Assembly (NCBI GenBank): GCA_963771075.1
Contig: CAVYSE010000025.1
Coordinates: 32,001 to 96,000 of the forward strand
DNA: 64,000 nt
Source: a candidate division FCPU426 bacterium
Lineage (GTDB): Bacteria; Oederibacteriota; Muellerivitia; Muellerivitales; Muellerivitaceae
Direction: 5' to 3'
Shown piece by piece: positions 1-10,748 of this stretch. Position 1 is the first letter of the stretch, and every line of letters starts with the position of its first letter. A program made the translations under genes and the position numbers. The notes under the pieces were generated by a model. The model worked only from the letters and a program-made list of their open reading frames with translations, was not told the DNA's origin and did not search any database.

Positions 1-3
1 CCG

Positions 4-31
4 CCGACTGGGAACTGTGGACTGTCGACTA
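4..31. repeat. Degenerate heptamer tandem repeat (4 units, nnnACTG/A) just downstream of the pgi stop; may continue beyond the window edge
   Basis: CCGACTG GGAACTG TGGACTG TCGACTA. Confidence 0.55.
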
Positions 32-34
32 TTT

Positions 35-1346
35 TTAGACGCCCTTGGCTTTTAATTGGGCCGCCAGTTCCTCATACCCCTTTTTTCCCAGCAGGGCGAA
101 CATGTTCTTCTTGTAGGCCTCGACCCCCGGCTGGTCGAAGGGATTGACCCCGAGCAGGGTGCCCGAAAGGCCGCAGGCCATCTCGTAGAAATAGAAGAGA
201 TACCCCAGGTTGAACTCATTGATGGAATCCAGGGTCAAGCGGATGACCGGCAGTCCCCCATCCTTGTGCGCCACGGCGGTGCCCCGCATGGCCTGCTCGT
301 TCACCCACGAAAGCTTCCTGCCGGCCAGGAAGTTCAAGCCTTCCCGGTCCTCCGGGTCCTTGGGAACGGTCACATCCTCGTTTTCCTTGGCGACCCAGAG
401 GATGGTTTCCAACAGGTCGCGGCGGCCCTCCTGAAGGTACTGGCCCATGCTGTGCAGGTCGGTGGTCAGGTCCACGCTGGCGGGGAAGATGCCCTTCCCT
501 TCCTTGCCTTCCGACTCGCCGTAAAGCTGCTTCCACCATTCCCCGACGTAATGCAGTTCCGGGCCGGAAATTGGCGAGCACCTCGATGGTCTTTCCCTTC
601 TGGTAAAGGAGGAAACGGGCGGCCGCGTAGCGGGCGGCGGGATTCTTGGCCATGTCGGCCAACTGGCAGTCCTTGGCGGCCGCCTGGGCTCCCTTCAGCA
701 GTTGGGAGATATCGAAACCGGCGATGGCGATGGGCAAGAGGCCGACCGGGGTCAGGACCGAATAACGCCCCCCCACGTCGTCGGGGATCACGAAGGTCGC
801 GTAGCCTTCCTGGTCGGCCATTCCCTTCAAGGCACCCTTCGCCTGGTCGGTCACGGCCACGATGCGTTTGCGGGCTTTCTTGGCCCCTACTTTTTTCTCC
901 ACCCAGGTTTTCAGGATGCGGAAGGCCACGGCCGGCTCGGTCGTGGTGCCCGATTTGGAAACCACGCAGATTCCCGTCTTCTTCGGGCTCAGGGTGTCGA
1001 GCAGTTTGGAGAAACCGGTGGGGGAAAGATGGTGGCCGGCGTAATGGATTTTTTCCGACCCGCCCAGGGCCTCAATCGTGGCCTTGGTTCCCAGGTACGA
1101 ACCGCCGATACCCACGCAAACCACGCTTTCCAGGTCCTCGAAGGCCTTGGCCGCCTTTTGGATGGCGGTCAGCTGTTTTTGCGCGTCGAAGGGCAGCTTA
1201 ATCCACCCCAGGAAGTCCGACCCGCGGCCGGATTTATTAAGGAGTGAATCCAGCGCGGCCTTGACCTGCGGGGCCAAGGCGGTCATTTGGGATTCGGGTA
1301 CCACGTCGTTTATGTAGGAAAAATCCAATCGCAGGGTCTGAGGCAT
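35..1346 (-). CDS. pgi: Glucose-6-phosphate isomerase, split by a single-base frameshift at ~560-565 (probably a sequencing artefact)
   Basis: N-part has [27 protein letters not shown]. After removing one base in CGGCCCGGAA it continues [19 protein letters not shown]...DLHSMGQY...[12 protein letters not shown]. Confidence 0.93.
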
Positions 1347-1531
1347 GGGGCGTCTCCTAATCGAAATGGGTGGGTTTGGATGGGCAGAAACAGTCCCTGA
1401 TTTAATCCCCTCCGGGGATTTCTTTCAAGGAAACTTTTCCGTTCTTAGCGGGCTGATTTCTTCCATGGAACGGGTGACAAGGTCAAGGATCATGGGGCGC
1501 ATAATGGGTTCGGGATGTCTCATCATCATCA

Positions 1532-3013
1532 TTATTTTTCCAGGTTTCGCACGTACAGGTCCAACCCTTCCGTAGCCACGCTTGAGGTGAAATTCACCTT
1601 CATGTAATCCTGGTCCAGTTCCTGGAGAAGCCAATCGGGGGGGGGCAAAACCTGGGGGGAGCGGGATAGGACGCAGTATTGGGGAGGATCGTTCTCGAAC
1701 CTGCCCTCCGCGTCATTCGCGTCCTGGGTTAGGAACCTTAAATGATTGATCACGGGGGTGCGCGCCACCGCCATGGGCAGTCCCGCATAGGCATAGAGGG
1801 AAGGCTCACAGGCCCAGCAAAAAAGCCGGTCGCCCGGTCCCGCGTTTTGCCGGATCAAGACTCCCATTTCCTTATCCGCCACATAGCGGGAGGTGGCGTA
1901 CTGGCAGTGTGAAAAGATCTTTTCTCCCACGCCGCCCAGGTTGAGCCAAGTGGCCAGGGCTACCCCTAAGGCCCAGCCGCAAAAAATTCCCGTTCGGAGG
2001 ATTCTTCGCTTCACCCCATCCTGAAACCCATAGGCCAAGGCCAGGCTGACCGGAGGTAAAAGCGCGATGAAATAATAGGAAAAGAAATAGGCGCTCAAGA
2101 AACAGGAAGCCAAGGCGCCTAAAAACCAAACCCCCAGGAAAAACCGGGGGGAGGGGGGGGCGGGCGCTGGGTGCTTCAGCGCGACGAAAAGAAGGAGTCC
2201 CAGGACCGGCAACCCATAAACCAGGAGAAAGAGAAGAAGCCACTGGGATTCAAATTGCCGGTAGGGCTGGGAATGCAGGAAAAAATCCCAACTGCCTGAA
2301 ACGTAATAATGATTGAACCGGGAGAAAGCGTTCCAGAACTCGGGAAAACGCCCATCCAGAAAAATCGGGAGAAGAACGAGAAAGCAGGAAAGGATCGCGC
2401 CGCCCGCCCATAGGGCCATCTTGCGGATTTCCCTCAAATTCGAGACCGCCAGGAAGGCGGGCAAAACAAGCGCGACGCTTTGTTTGGTTAAAAAGGAAAA
2501 GGCGAAAAGGGCCCCGGACAAAAAGAGGAAACCTCCCTGGGGGGAATGGGCGAGAACCAGGGCGGCGAGCAGGAAAGGCAGGCCCAGCAGATCGGCTTCC
2601 GCCGACCAGGGCTGGAGCAGGGCGGGAAAAAGGAACAAGGCGTAAACGAAGGCCGCGGCCCATGAAGCCGCCCGGTCATAACCCAGCCGGCGGCCCAAAG
2701 CGGCCAGCAGAATCGCGTTGAGGATATGGATGAAGCCGACGTATATCCGCAGGTGAACCTCATCCAAGGGCATGGCTCGCCCCAAAAGAAAATACTGGAG
2801 GAAAAGCCCGGGCGGTTTGTGGTCCCACAGGTCCCGGTAAAGGCGAAGGTCCTTCCCCATTTGAAGGGCGTAAAAACCGTAAAACCCCTCGTTATCGCCC
2901 AAGGGATAGGAGAGGCGGGGTTGGAGGGACAGGAAAACCAGGATTCCCAACGCGAGGATAGACAGAAAATTCCAGGCGCCCAGATGGCCCGGGCCCCCTT
3001 TTTCCTGCGTCAT
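1532..3013 (-). CDS. Polytopic membrane glycosyltransferase, GT-C/ArnT(PMT)-like
   Basis: N-terminal TM followed by DNEGFY and [12 protein letters not shown], many TM helices, TKQ motif, C-terminal soluble domain. Confidence 0.75.
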   Translation of the reverse strand: MTQEKGGPGHLGAWNFLSILALGILVFLSLQPRLSYPLGDNEGFYGFYALQMGKDLRLYRDLWDHKPPGLFLQYFLLGRAMPLDEVHLRIYVGFIHILNAILLAALGRRLGYDRAASWAAAFVYALFLFPALLQPWSAEADLLGLPFLLAALVLAHSPQGGFLFLSGALFAFSFLTKQSVALVLPAFLAVSNLREIRKMALWAGGAILSCFLVLLPIFLDGRFPEFWNAFSRFNHYYVSGSWDFFLHSQPYRQFESQWLLLFLLVYGLPVLGLLLFVALKHPAPAPPSPRFFLGVWFLGALASCFLSAYFFSYYFIALLPPVSLALAYGFQDGVKRRILRTGIFCGWALGVALATWLNLGGVGEKIFSHCQYATSRYVADKEMGVLIRQNAGPGDRLFCWACEPSLYAYAGLPMAVARTPVINHLRFLTQDANDAEGRFENDPPQYCVLSRSPQVLPPPDWLLQELDQDYMKVNFTSSVATEGLDLYVRNLEK

Positions 3014-4674
3014 TGCGTCTTGAAATGTTCCACCATTTGCCGGAGTTCCTCGGCCATGGCGGAAAGTTCTTTGAAAGTGGCGGTCACCTGCTCCATGCTG
3101 GCCGTCTGTTCCTCGGTGGAGGCCGAGACCTCCTCCGTGGAGGCCGCCGATTCCTCTGAGACCGCATTGATGTCCTGGATGCTGGTGATAATCTTGCCGT
3201 AGCGCTGGTTCTGGACGGCGGTCAGGTCGGTGATGCTTTTGGTGAAGATCACCACGTTCTCAATCACCTCCACGATCTCATCCAGGGAACGTTCCATTTT
3301 CTTGATGCCTTCCCGGCTGACCTGGATCTCGTTGGCACTTTTTTCCATGGATTGCACGGCTTGCTGGGTATCGTTCTGGATCTCCTGGATGAGGTTGCCG
3401 ATCTCGTCGGTAGCCTTGCCCACCCGGTCCGCCAGGCTGCGGATCTCATCGGCCACCACGGCGAAACCCTTTCCCTGTTCCCCCGCCCGGGCCGCCTCGA
3501 TGGCGGCGTTGAGGGAAAGCAGGTTGGTCTGCTCGGATATGCCCGAAATGATCTCCACGACCCGGCCGATTTCCTTGCTTTTGGCCCCCAAGTGGTGGAT
3601 ACCCTCGGAATTCTGAAGGATCGTCTCGTTGAGGGTGGTGATCCGGTCAATGGTTCCCCGCGCCAGTTTTCCCCCCGCCTGGGCGGTATGGGTCGCCCGA
3701 TCGACCGCTCCCGCCGCTTCAGCGGCTTTTTTCTCCACTTCCTTCATGGTTTCCTGCATCTCCTGCATCAGGTGATGGACATCGGCGATCTTGGTGGCCT
3801 GGTCTTCCGCTCCCCGGGCGATCTGCTGGATGGTGGTGGAAACATCCTCGCTCATGGCGCTCACTTCCGCCGTGGAAGTGGTCATACCCTGCACCTGTTC
3901 GGATAGTTTTTGGGAATGCTCGCTGACCCGGGATACCATGGCCCGGATCTTTCCGATGAACAAATTGAACTGGGTTGCCAGGTCCCCCACCTCGTCACGG
4001 GATCGGACCTTGATCTGGTAGGTCAGGTCCGCCTCTCCCCGCGCCAGGGCGGTCATTTCGCCGCGGATGGCGTTCAACGGCCCCACCACGAAGTAAACCA
4101 GCAGGGACGTCAACACCAAGGTGACCATGAAGACCGCGATCGCCGCCTTGAGGATGGTTTCAATAATGAAGCTATGGATCTCCTTGTCCACGCTGGAGAG
4201 GGGGATCTCGATCCGGATGCCGCCCACCAGGGAGCCTTGCGCGTCCGTGAGGGTGGAGACGTAGTTCAGGACCATTCCCGAGGGCGTTGGGAGGGACCTC
4301 AGGGTCGGCTCCTTGCGGACCTGCACTTCGTTGATCTCGTGTCGCAGGTCGTCCAGGGACGCGACATAGCTTGGATCGCCCAAGTTATGGACATAGACCT
4401 TGCCCTGCGGGTCAAAAAGCGTAAAAGCATAGATCCCGTATTGGTCGGTCAGTTCCGAGACCAGTTGGGAGAGGGCGTTGAATTTCTCATTCTTGATATC
4501 CCTCGCGAATTCGGGGCTCAGCGCGCGGGTGGTGGTAAGGACCGACTGGATCTGGCGCTTGAAAAGCACCTGGCGCTGGTTGCTTACTTCCAAGTAGGCG
4601 AATATCCCCTCGATCAAAAAGACGCAAAGGGCCACGCAAGAGGCGATTTTAAACCAAAGCTTTCGGGTGATCAA
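3010..4674 (-). CDS. Methyl-accepting chemotaxis protein (2 TM, periplasmic sensor, HAMP, signalling domain)
   Basis: [15 protein letters not shown]; hairpin tip [37 protein letters not shown]. Confidence 0.95.
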   Translation of the reverse strand: MITRKLWFKIASCVALCVFLIEGIFAYLEVSNQRQVLFKRQIQSVLTTTRALSPEFARDIKNEKFNALSQLVSELTDQYGIYAFTLFDPQGKVYVHNLGDPSYVASLDDLRHEINEVQVRKEPTLRSLPTPSGMVLNYVSTLTDAQGSLVGGIRIEIPLSSVDKEIHSFIIETILKAAIAVFMVTLVLTSLLVYFVVGPLNAIRGEMTALARGEADLTYQIKVRSRDEVGDLATQFNLFIGKIRAMVSRVSEHSQKLSEQVQGMTTSTAEVSAMSEDVSTTIQQIARGAEDQATKIADVHHLMQEMQETMKEVEKKAAEAAGAVDRATHTAQAGGKLARGTIDRITTLNETILQNSEGIHHLGAKSKEIGRVVEIISGISEQTNLLSLNAAIEAARAGEQGKGFAVVADEIRSLADRVGKATDEIGNLIQEIQNDTQQAVQSMEKSANEIQVSREGIKKMERSLDEIVEVIENVVIFTKSITDLTAVQNQRYGKIITSIQDINAVSEESAASTEEVSASTEEQTASMEQVTATFKELSAMAEELRQMVEHFKTQ

Positions 4675-4740
4675 AAGGGGCCTTTCCGATCCGATTCCAA
4701 GCCGGGATTTATTTTAACAGATGAAAACGTCCAAGTATTC

Positions 4741-4866
4741 ACCGCGAAGGCGCGAAGTAACCCATATTTGGAACGACAAAGCCCAAGATCCATTTAAAGC
4801 GGGCGGAACACCCCGGGCTCTCATCCATCGCGGGTCTAGTTGGGTCTTTCTTCGGGCCTTCGCGGT
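4741..4866. repeat. Inverted-repeat element with 17-bp arms (16/17 match); right arm lies in the last codons of the iscS-like ORF
   Basis: ACCGCGAAGGCGCGAAG (4741-4757) vs reverse complement of 4850-4866, ACCGCGAAGGCCCGAAG. Confidence 0.75.
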
Positions 4867-6062
4867 TCATCCATTGCTTTTTCCATTGTCTTTCGCGGCT
4901 CGTCCTCGTCCAAAAAGGAGCTCATCATTTCCAGTCCCCGGATGACCGAGGGAAGGACTTCCAGGCATTCGGTCAATTCCCCGCTTTGGGTATGGCGCCC
5001 GAAGCTGAACCGCAGGCCCTGTTTGGCCTCCCGGGAAGTGCGCCCCATGGCCATAAGAACATGGGAAGGGGGCGCGGAGCCGGCCGAGCAGGCGGAGCCG
5101 GAGGAAAGGGCGAAGCCCCTCGCGTCCAGGCTATGCACCAGGGTTTCCCCTTCCAGCCCCGGCAAGGTCACGTTCACGAGGCCCGGCACCCGTTGGCCTG
5201 GATCGGCGGGTCCATTGATCCGGGCGGTTGGAAACATTTCCAAAAGGCGGGATTGAAAGTCGCGGACCAAGGCCCTCAACCGGTCCGGCTCAACCCGATC
5301 CGCGCAAATCCGTTTGGCGGCCTCGGCGAGCCCCACGATACCCGCCACGTTTTCCGTGCCCCCCCGCCGGTCCCTTTCCTGGCCTCCCCCCTGGAGCAAC
5401 GGCACCAGTTCCAGTCCCTTGCGCTGGTAGAAAAAACCGGTCCCTTTCGGGCCGTAGATCTTGTGCGCCGAGACGGAAAGAAAATCGATGGATTGTTTTT
5501 CCAGGTCCAGGGGGATCTTGCCGTAGGCTTGGACCGCGTCGGTATGAAAGAGAACCTGATAGCTTCGGGCGATATCCCCGATCTCGCCCAAGGGCTGGAT
5601 CGTCCCGACTTCGTTGTTGGCGGCCATGATGGATATGAGGAAGGTCTCGCCCGGCCGGATGGCCTTTTCGACCTCCCGGGGATTGACCCGGCCCTGGGAA
5701 TCCACGCCCACCGCCGTCACGCTGAAACCGTGGTGGGTCAGATAGTCCACGCTTTCCAGGGCGCAATTGTGCTCAATGTTGGAAATGATCAAATGGCGGG
5801 ATCGGGATGGAGAAGCATAGGCCGCCCCCTTGAGGATCGTGTTCACCGATTCTGTCGCGCCCGAGGTGAAGACGATTTCCTTGGGGTCGCAAGCGAGGGT
5901 CTGGGCCACGGTCTCGCGGGACCGCTCCACCGCCGCCCTGGCCTCCCGGCCGTAACGATGCACGCTGGAGGGATTCCCGAAATCCTCCGTCAGGTAGGGC
6001 CGCATAGCCTCCAGGACCTTTTCATCCAGGGGCGTGGTGGCGGCATGGTCGAAATAATGCAT
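4836..6062 (-). CDS. iscS: Cysteine desulfurase, group I (IscS/NifS type)
   Basis: YFDHAATTP, FTSGATES, HTDAVQA, PLP lysine in SAHKIYGPKG, catalytic Cys in SSGSACS. Confidence 0.9.
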   Translation of the reverse strand: MHYFDHAATTPLDEKVLEAMRPYLTEDFGNPSSVHRYGREARAAVERSRETVAQTLACDPKEIVFTSGATESVNTILKGAAYASPSRSRHLIISNIEHNCALESVDYLTHHGFSVTAVGVDSQGRVNPREVEKAIRPGETFLISIMAANNEVGTIQPLGEIGDIARSYQVLFHTDAVQAYGKIPLDLEKQSIDFLSVSAHKIYGPKGTGFFYQRKGLELVPLLQGGGQERDRRGGTENVAGIVGLAEAAKRICADRVEPDRLRALVRDFQSRLLEMFPTARINGPADPGQRVPGLVNVTLPGLEGETLVHSLDARGFALSSGSACSAGSAPPSHVLMAMGRTSREAKQGLRFSFGRHTQSGELTECLEVLPSVIRGLEMMSSFLDEDEPRKTMEKAMDEPRRPEERPN

Positions 6063-6322
6063 GTTTATCCCCGTCTCAAGTTGGGCGCCAGTTTAACAGG
6101 GGGACAACCCAATTTCCCCTTTGAATACCAAAACCCAACTATCCCTGTTCTTTCTCAATTCTTTTAAGGAAACGGAAGTCTTTCACAACAATATTTGTAA
6201 AGGTTAACCCTTTTAAAACCGTTCTTTTATCGATTCTGAAAATTGCCTAAAAACATTTTCTGTGCAATCCCTTGGCTGGTAAACTTAATCCCTAATCGAT
6301 TTATGTTTCTCAAGGAGGATTT

Positions 6323-7087
6323 ATGAAAGGCTTGATTGGACTTTTAATTCTTTCCATGTTTGCCATTTCCTGCGGTAGTAGTAACAGCCCTACTTCCTCA
6401 AACAATAACCCAACCAACTACAATCCTTATTCCAGTCTCCTCCCTCCCACCGGCAACTATGTCCTTGGCGTTCTGGCCGGAAGCGTTATCAATTCCGGAA
6501 GTGGACCGACAACGAGCTTTAGCAGCGCCTTGGTGGAAATCGCCTGCAACCAGCAGCCCGTGACCGGCGCCACGGTGGTGTTAACCGCCCCTAGCGGTCC
6601 GGTGACCCTTCCCTTTTCATACGGAATAACCTTTACCTACAACGGGACTAATTATGGCTTCGCTGATTACGATATCTATTCTCCCGCGATGGCCTATACC
6701 CCTGGATCCACCTATACTTTGAGCGTCATTGATCCCTTGGGTTCTGTTTCCGCCTCGATGCCTGCACCCGGCGGGGTCGCTTGGTCAGGCGCGATTACGA
6801 CCACCTTGAAAGCCACCGCCGCTTATCCGGGAAACTATGATTCCGCGATCGTTGAGGAAGCTTCCCCGAACCCGGGTCTCATCTATACTTCCTTGACCAC
6901 CAGCGTCGGAAACCCCTTCAGCTACCCCACGACGGCTTTTTCGGTCGCATCCTCCCCCGCTACCTTTGACGTAACTTACAGCGCGGCGACCACCCAATTT
7001 GCCTTTAGCGGATCAGTCGCATCCGGATCGGCCTTCGTCTGGGACCAAACCACCACCAATATGTTCAATCATAGCTGTCTGAATTAG
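6323..7087 (+). CDS. Ser/Thr-rich lipoprotein of unknown function; last 5 codons and stop are supplied by the IS left end
   Basis: RBS AAGGAGG, signal peptide with lipobox-like FAISC. Confidence 0.8.
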   Translation: MKGLIGLLILSMFAISCGSSNSPTSSNNNPTNYNPYSSLLPPTGNYVLGVLAGSVINSGSGPTTSFSSALVEIACNQQPVTGATVVLTAPSGPVTLPFSYGITFTYNGTNYGFADYDIYSPAMAYTPGSTYTLSVIDPLGSVSASMPAPGGVAWSGAITTTLKATAAYPGNYDSAIVEEASPNPGLIYTSLTTSVGNPFSYPTTAFSVASSPATFDVTYSAATTQFAFSGSVASGSAFVWDQTTTNMFNHSCLN

Positions 7088-8342
7088 CCGAAATCAAAAC
7101 CAGCTTGTTTTGTAAGCAGAAAGACTTCCGACGTAGCTTTGAAAGGCTGGTTTAGCCAATCCCACAGGTTTCTACGGCTGAAAAGGTTCGTGGGCAGAAT
7201 ACTGCTCAAGGTATAAAGCGACCAAGCGAATTTCGATTTGAATTTCATGTAGCTGAGCATCAAGTAAGCAATCATGGCAGTCCACAATTGAGACAGCAGG
7301 GCGTTCAAGGAGGTTCCCACGAAGCTTTTAACCTTGAGCTGTTGCTTGAGGGTTTTGAAAAAGAGTTCGATCTGCCAACGGTCTTTGTAGACGGCGGCGA
7401 TGGTGGAAGCGGCCCATTGGAACTGATTGGTAACTAAGACGACTCGTTTTTTTGTTTTGGGATCACGCGCCACTACACGTCGCAGGGGGTAAGGGTATTT
7501 TCGGCGGGTGTTGAAGCCGATCATTCGGATGGTTTGATCCGCCAGGATGTTGGGGTGTTTTTTTTCATGGCGTTCAACCACCCGGAAAGCCGAGTTGGAT
7601 TTGAGACGAGTGACGAAGAAAACGCCTTGTTTTGTGAGGTTTTGGAGAAGGGTGAAATCAAGGTAACCCCGATCCATGACTAGGACATCGCCTTTTTCCA
7701 AGGGAACCAGCGGAAGGATTTTCTTTTCATGCAGCTTGCCGGTGGTTACACGTAGGAAGGTGGGCAGGTAGCCGGAGTGGTTGAACTTCACGTGAAGTTT
7801 GACGGCTCCTTTGGTTTTACGGAACATGGCCCAATCGAATAGTGACAAGCAAAGGCTGATGGTGGAGGCGTCCAGGGAATAGAGGGGATTCTTGAACCTG
7901 AACTTGTGATGGGGTGCCACCGTCTGACATTTGGACAGCATGAGGGAGAACAAGTCCTCAAAAAGGCTGGCGGGACGATGGGCGTTGGCGTAGGACAGGG
8001 TGGGTCGGGAGACGGGTTGGGCACCCATGTGATAGAGGTTGTTCCCTTGTGTGGCGAGCCCGGCTTCAATGCCCCGGAGCGCATCTTGTCCGGCCAGTTG
8101 GCCGTAGAGCATAGCCACAAAGTGGGACCAGGATGTAACGCCTCTTGCGTGGTACTCGGCCTGGTGCTTCAAAACCAGCTTTTGAAATTCATGTCTCGAA
8201 AAAAACTTGAGCATCTGGGAAAGGATTGTGGAAGAATGAGCCAAGGCCGGACCTCCTGGAATAATAAGGGTTTCGCACCCACTTATTATATTTCTCCGGG
8301 TTGGTTAGGCCTTTCTTGTTCGGGCTAATTTAGACACACATG
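7070..8342 (-). mobile_element. Complete IS4-family insertion sequence (1273 bp) with 18-bp imperfect TIRs and 9-bp target-site duplication
   Basis: TIRs CATAGCTGTCTGAATTAG (7070-7087) and reverse complement of 8325-8342, CATGTGTGTCTAAATTAG (14/18). TSD ATGTTCAAT at 7061-7069 and 8343-8351. Confidence 0.95.
7084..8244 (-). CDS. IS4-family DDE transposase with DUF4372-type N-terminus
   Basis: LDASTI, VMDRGY and YKDRWQIELFFKTLKQ (YREK-type signature); intact 386-aa ORF. Confidence 0.93.
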   Translation of the reverse strand: MAHSSTILSQMLKFFSRHEFQKLVLKHQAEYHARGVTSWSHFVAMLYGQLAGQDALRGIEAGLATQGNNLYHMGAQPVSRPTLSYANAHRPASLFEDLFSLMLSKCQTVAPHHKFRFKNPLYSLDASTISLCLSLFDWAMFRKTKGAVKLHVKFNHSGYLPTFLRVTTGKLHEKKILPLVPLEKGDVLVMDRGYLDFTLLQNLTKQGVFFVTRLKSNSAFRVVERHEKKHPNILADQTIRMIGFNTRRKYPYPLRRVVARDPKTKKRVVLVTNQFQWAASTIAAVYKDRWQIELFFKTLKQQLKVKSFVGTSLNALLSQLWTAMIAYLMLSYMKFKSKFAWSLYTLSSILPTNLFSRRNLWDWLNQPFKATSEVFLLTKQAGFDFG

Positions 8343-8371
8343 ATGTTCAATAAATAAATATTCAATCCGGC

Positions 8372-8412
8372 AATAAAGCCTTCCCCTTATTGGGAGAAGG
8401 CTTTATTTATTT
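8372..8412. terminator. Probable bidirectional intrinsic terminator between convergent genes
   Basis: AATAAAGCCTTC-CCC-TTATT-GGG-A-GAAGGCTTTATT followed by TATTT. Confidence 0.7.
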
Positions 8413-8502
8413 CAGGATTTTTAATCTTTGCCGTATATAACTTGGGTGATGTCTGAATCGTGAATGAGGTTAAGGGGCCGCCCTACCCTATCCTTTCAAA
8501 CC

Positions 8503-9090
8503 TCACCCTCGATGCTTTCTCGGGGAATCTTTCGACATCATGAGATGGTCCAGCAAACCCCGCCATTCCACTTCCTGGATTTCCACCAAAAGCCTGTAAA
8601 GGGGACTCGCGGGATTTTCCTTTCGGACCTGATCCACCAGATCCACAAAGGCCTCCGGTTCCCAACCCTTCGACATCTCCATTTTCCTGGCAAGCCCCGC
8701 CAGTTCGGGAATCGGAAGGCGGGCCATCTTCAACATGACCTTTTCATGGATAGCCTGGTGAACCGTTCCAGGAAGCCGCACCCGGTGATACCAATATTTT
8801 GAGTTTCCAGCATCCGGCTCCCGTCGGTGAAGTATGGCGTGGATCCAATTGCCCGCTACGCCTTCATGGTCCTGGGCGATCAAATGCGCCTCCTCAAACC
8901 CGTCGAAATACAAAAAGAAGGCGGCTTTCAAAAGAAGGGAGTTTTCCGGGTCCTGCCCGGTGGTTTCCATCGCAGAGACGGCTTTTAAACCCTCTCGGAA
9001 GGGTTCGCCTCTTTGTAGAAGGTCAAAAGGCCTGGGTTGGCCTTTGGGGACCAGGTCCCTGATCTTTTGAAGCGATGGGATAAAGGACAT
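8503..9090 (-). CDS. Conserved hypothetical protein
   Basis: ATG 2 nt after the upstream stop; motif AHLIAQD...WIHAILHRREPDAGNSKYW looks like a conserved family. Confidence 0.75.
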   Translation of the reverse strand: MSFIPSLQKIRDLVPKGQPRPFDLLQRGEPFREGLKAVSAMETTGQDPENSLLLKAAFFLYFDGFEEAHLIAQDHEGVAGNWIHAILHRREPDAGNSKYWYHRVRLPGTVHQAIHEKVMLKMARLPIPELAGLARKMEMSKGWEPEAFVDLVDQVRKENPASPLYRLLVEIQEVEWRGLLDHLMMSKDSPRKHRG

Positions 9091-9092
9091 CG

Positions 9093-10109
9093 TTAGGGGA
9101 CCAGGAGGACCTTGCCCAGGTTCTTGCGGTCTTCCAAGAACTGGTGGGCCTGGGCGGCCTCCGAGAAAAAATAACTGCGGTCCACATGGGGCTTGATCCA
9201 ACCGTCCTTGACGCCCTTTAGGATCTCAGCAAACCAGCCACGCGTTTTATCCGCCTCCTCCCAGAGATGGCCCAGGTTGACGCCAAAGGTGCCCCGATTC
9301 TCGTTCATGAGCGTAATGGGGTTATAGAGGGGAACCTGGGCCAGCATTTTGAGAAAAGCGAGCAGGGGCGGGGATTTTTTCTCCGAGGCGTTGGAGATCC
9401 CGAACATTCCGAGGCGCCCGGTGGGACGCAGGAGCCGGTAATTTGTTTTCCAGAACGACCCTCCCACGGGGTCCAAAATCAATTCCACGCCCTTGCCCTG
9501 GGTAATTTCCCTAACCCGCCTTGCCCAATCCTCCGATCGGTAATCGATGGGGTAGTCCAGGCCCAACCGGCGAAGGGTCTCGTGTTTCGGGGGGCTGGCG
9601 GTGCCCAAGGTCACCGCGCCGATACGCTTGGCCATTTGGAGGGCGGCCAACCCCACCCCGCCCCCCGCGTTGTGGATCAGGACCGTCTCTCCCTTGCGCA
9701 AGCTTCCCATGACCACCACCAATTGGTAAGCGGTCAGGTAATTGACCGGCAAGGCGGCCGACTGCTCAAAGGTGAGATTGGCGGGTTTCTCGAAAACCTG
9801 GTTTTGCGACAGGGTGACCCGCTCCGAATAACCCCCGAAACGGGTGAAGGCCACCACCGGTTTCCCCTCCCACTTGGGGTCCGAACCCTGGCCGACCGAT
9901 TCCACCAATCCTGATATCTCATAACCCACCACGCAGGGAGGCTTGGGAGCGTCGGGGTAAAGCCCCTTGCGGGCCATCAGGTCGGCGAAATTAAGCCCTG
10001 CGGCCTTGACCGCCACGGTCACCTGGCCCGGCCCCGGCGGCTCGTGTTCACTTTCCCGAAGCTGGAGGACTTCCGGTCCACCGTGTTTCGTGATCCATAT
10101 CTGTTTCAT
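9093..10109 (-). CDS. MDR-family NADPH:quinone oxidoreductase (VAT-1-like)
   Basis: GGPEVL, AGLNFADL, PCVVGYE, VLIHNAGGGVG, GKVLL. Confidence 0.9.
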   Translation of the reverse strand: MKQIWITKHGGPEVLQLRESEHEPPGPGQVTVAVKAAGLNFADLMARKGLYPDAPKPPCVVGYEISGLVESVGQGSDPKWEGKPVVAFTRFGGYSERVTLSQNQVFEKPANLTFEQSAALPVNYLTAYQLVVVMGSLRKGETVLIHNAGGGVGLAALQMAKRIGAVTLGTASPPKHETLRRLGLDYPIDYRSEDWARRVREITQGKGVELILDPVGGSFWKTNYRLLRPTGRLGMFGISNASEKKSPPLLAFLKMLAQVPLYNPITLMNENRGTFGVNLGHLWEEADKTRGWFAEILKGVKDGWIKPHVDRSYFFSEAAQAHQFLEDRKNLGKVLLVP

Positions 10110-10110
10110 T

Positions 10111-10674
10111 TTATTTTCCGACTCGTGTCAGGGTATTTTTATCCCGATGTTCAAACACTTCTTTTTGGCCCTTGATCTGGATATAGGTCACCTGCTCGTA
10201 ACTGAACCGGCCATCATCATGAAAAACCATTTCCAGGTCGAACCCCAGGGTTTGGAATTCCTTGTCCAAAAAAGGGTTGGAGCAAATTCCAAAGGTCTTG
10301 GAGCCGTAGGCTGCGGATAGCTTGAAACGCTTGGCGTCCGGTTCCACGTTTCCACCCGCGAGGACGGACATGCCCCGGGGTATGACGATGGCTTTCATCA
10401 ATTGCTTGGCCTGGGCGTCCCAGATCCAGTATCCGACCTCGTCATGGAAGGGATCGGCCTCCCCGAGACGCCAGGCCTGCGTGAAATAACGGAGCCCGGT
10501 CAGCTTTTGCTCGTGATTTTCGGCGGGCTTAAAAGGCTCCAGCGTCATCCTTTCCCGGTACGTGTTCTTCTCGGTTCCCCGGTCGTCCGAGGGAGCGGTA
10601 TCATCCCCTGTCCCCCCTTCCCAAATACCCGCCAAGTTCCTCAACGGGCCCAGGTTTTCACTCCAATCACCCAC
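10111..10674 (-). CDS. Heme-binding beta-barrel protein (nitrobindin/DUF1794 family)
   Basis: LGPLRNLAGIWEG, FHDEVGYWIW, C-terminal HRDKNTL; RBS AAGGAGG with GTG start. Confidence 0.82.
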   Translation of the reverse strand: MGDWSENLGPLRNLAGIWEGGTGDDTAPSDDRGTEKNTYRERMTLEPFKPAENHEQKLTGLRYFTQAWRLGEADPFHDEVGYWIWDAQAKQLMKAIVIPRGMSVLAGGNVEPDAKRFKLSAAYGSKTFGICSNPFLDKEFQTLGFDLEMVFHDDGRFSYEQVTYIQIKGQKEVFEHRDKNTLTRVGK

Positions 10675-10748
10675 GGGATACCTCCTTGCCAGGAATATGA
10701 AAACATTCGGCGATGTCGGGAAACTATTTCGGCTGTAAGGGAATCCCC

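Noticed and set aside
1425..1532. 35-aa ORF (MMMMRHPEP...) coupled to the upstream stop via TAATG
   Set aside because: No SD and no recognisable motif; cannot be distinguished from chance
7784..7799. Perfect 16-bp palindrome AACTTCACGTGAAGTT resembling parS
   Set aside because: The flanks differ from TGTTTCACGTGAAACA and it lies inside the transposase CDS (KLHVKF); likely coincidental
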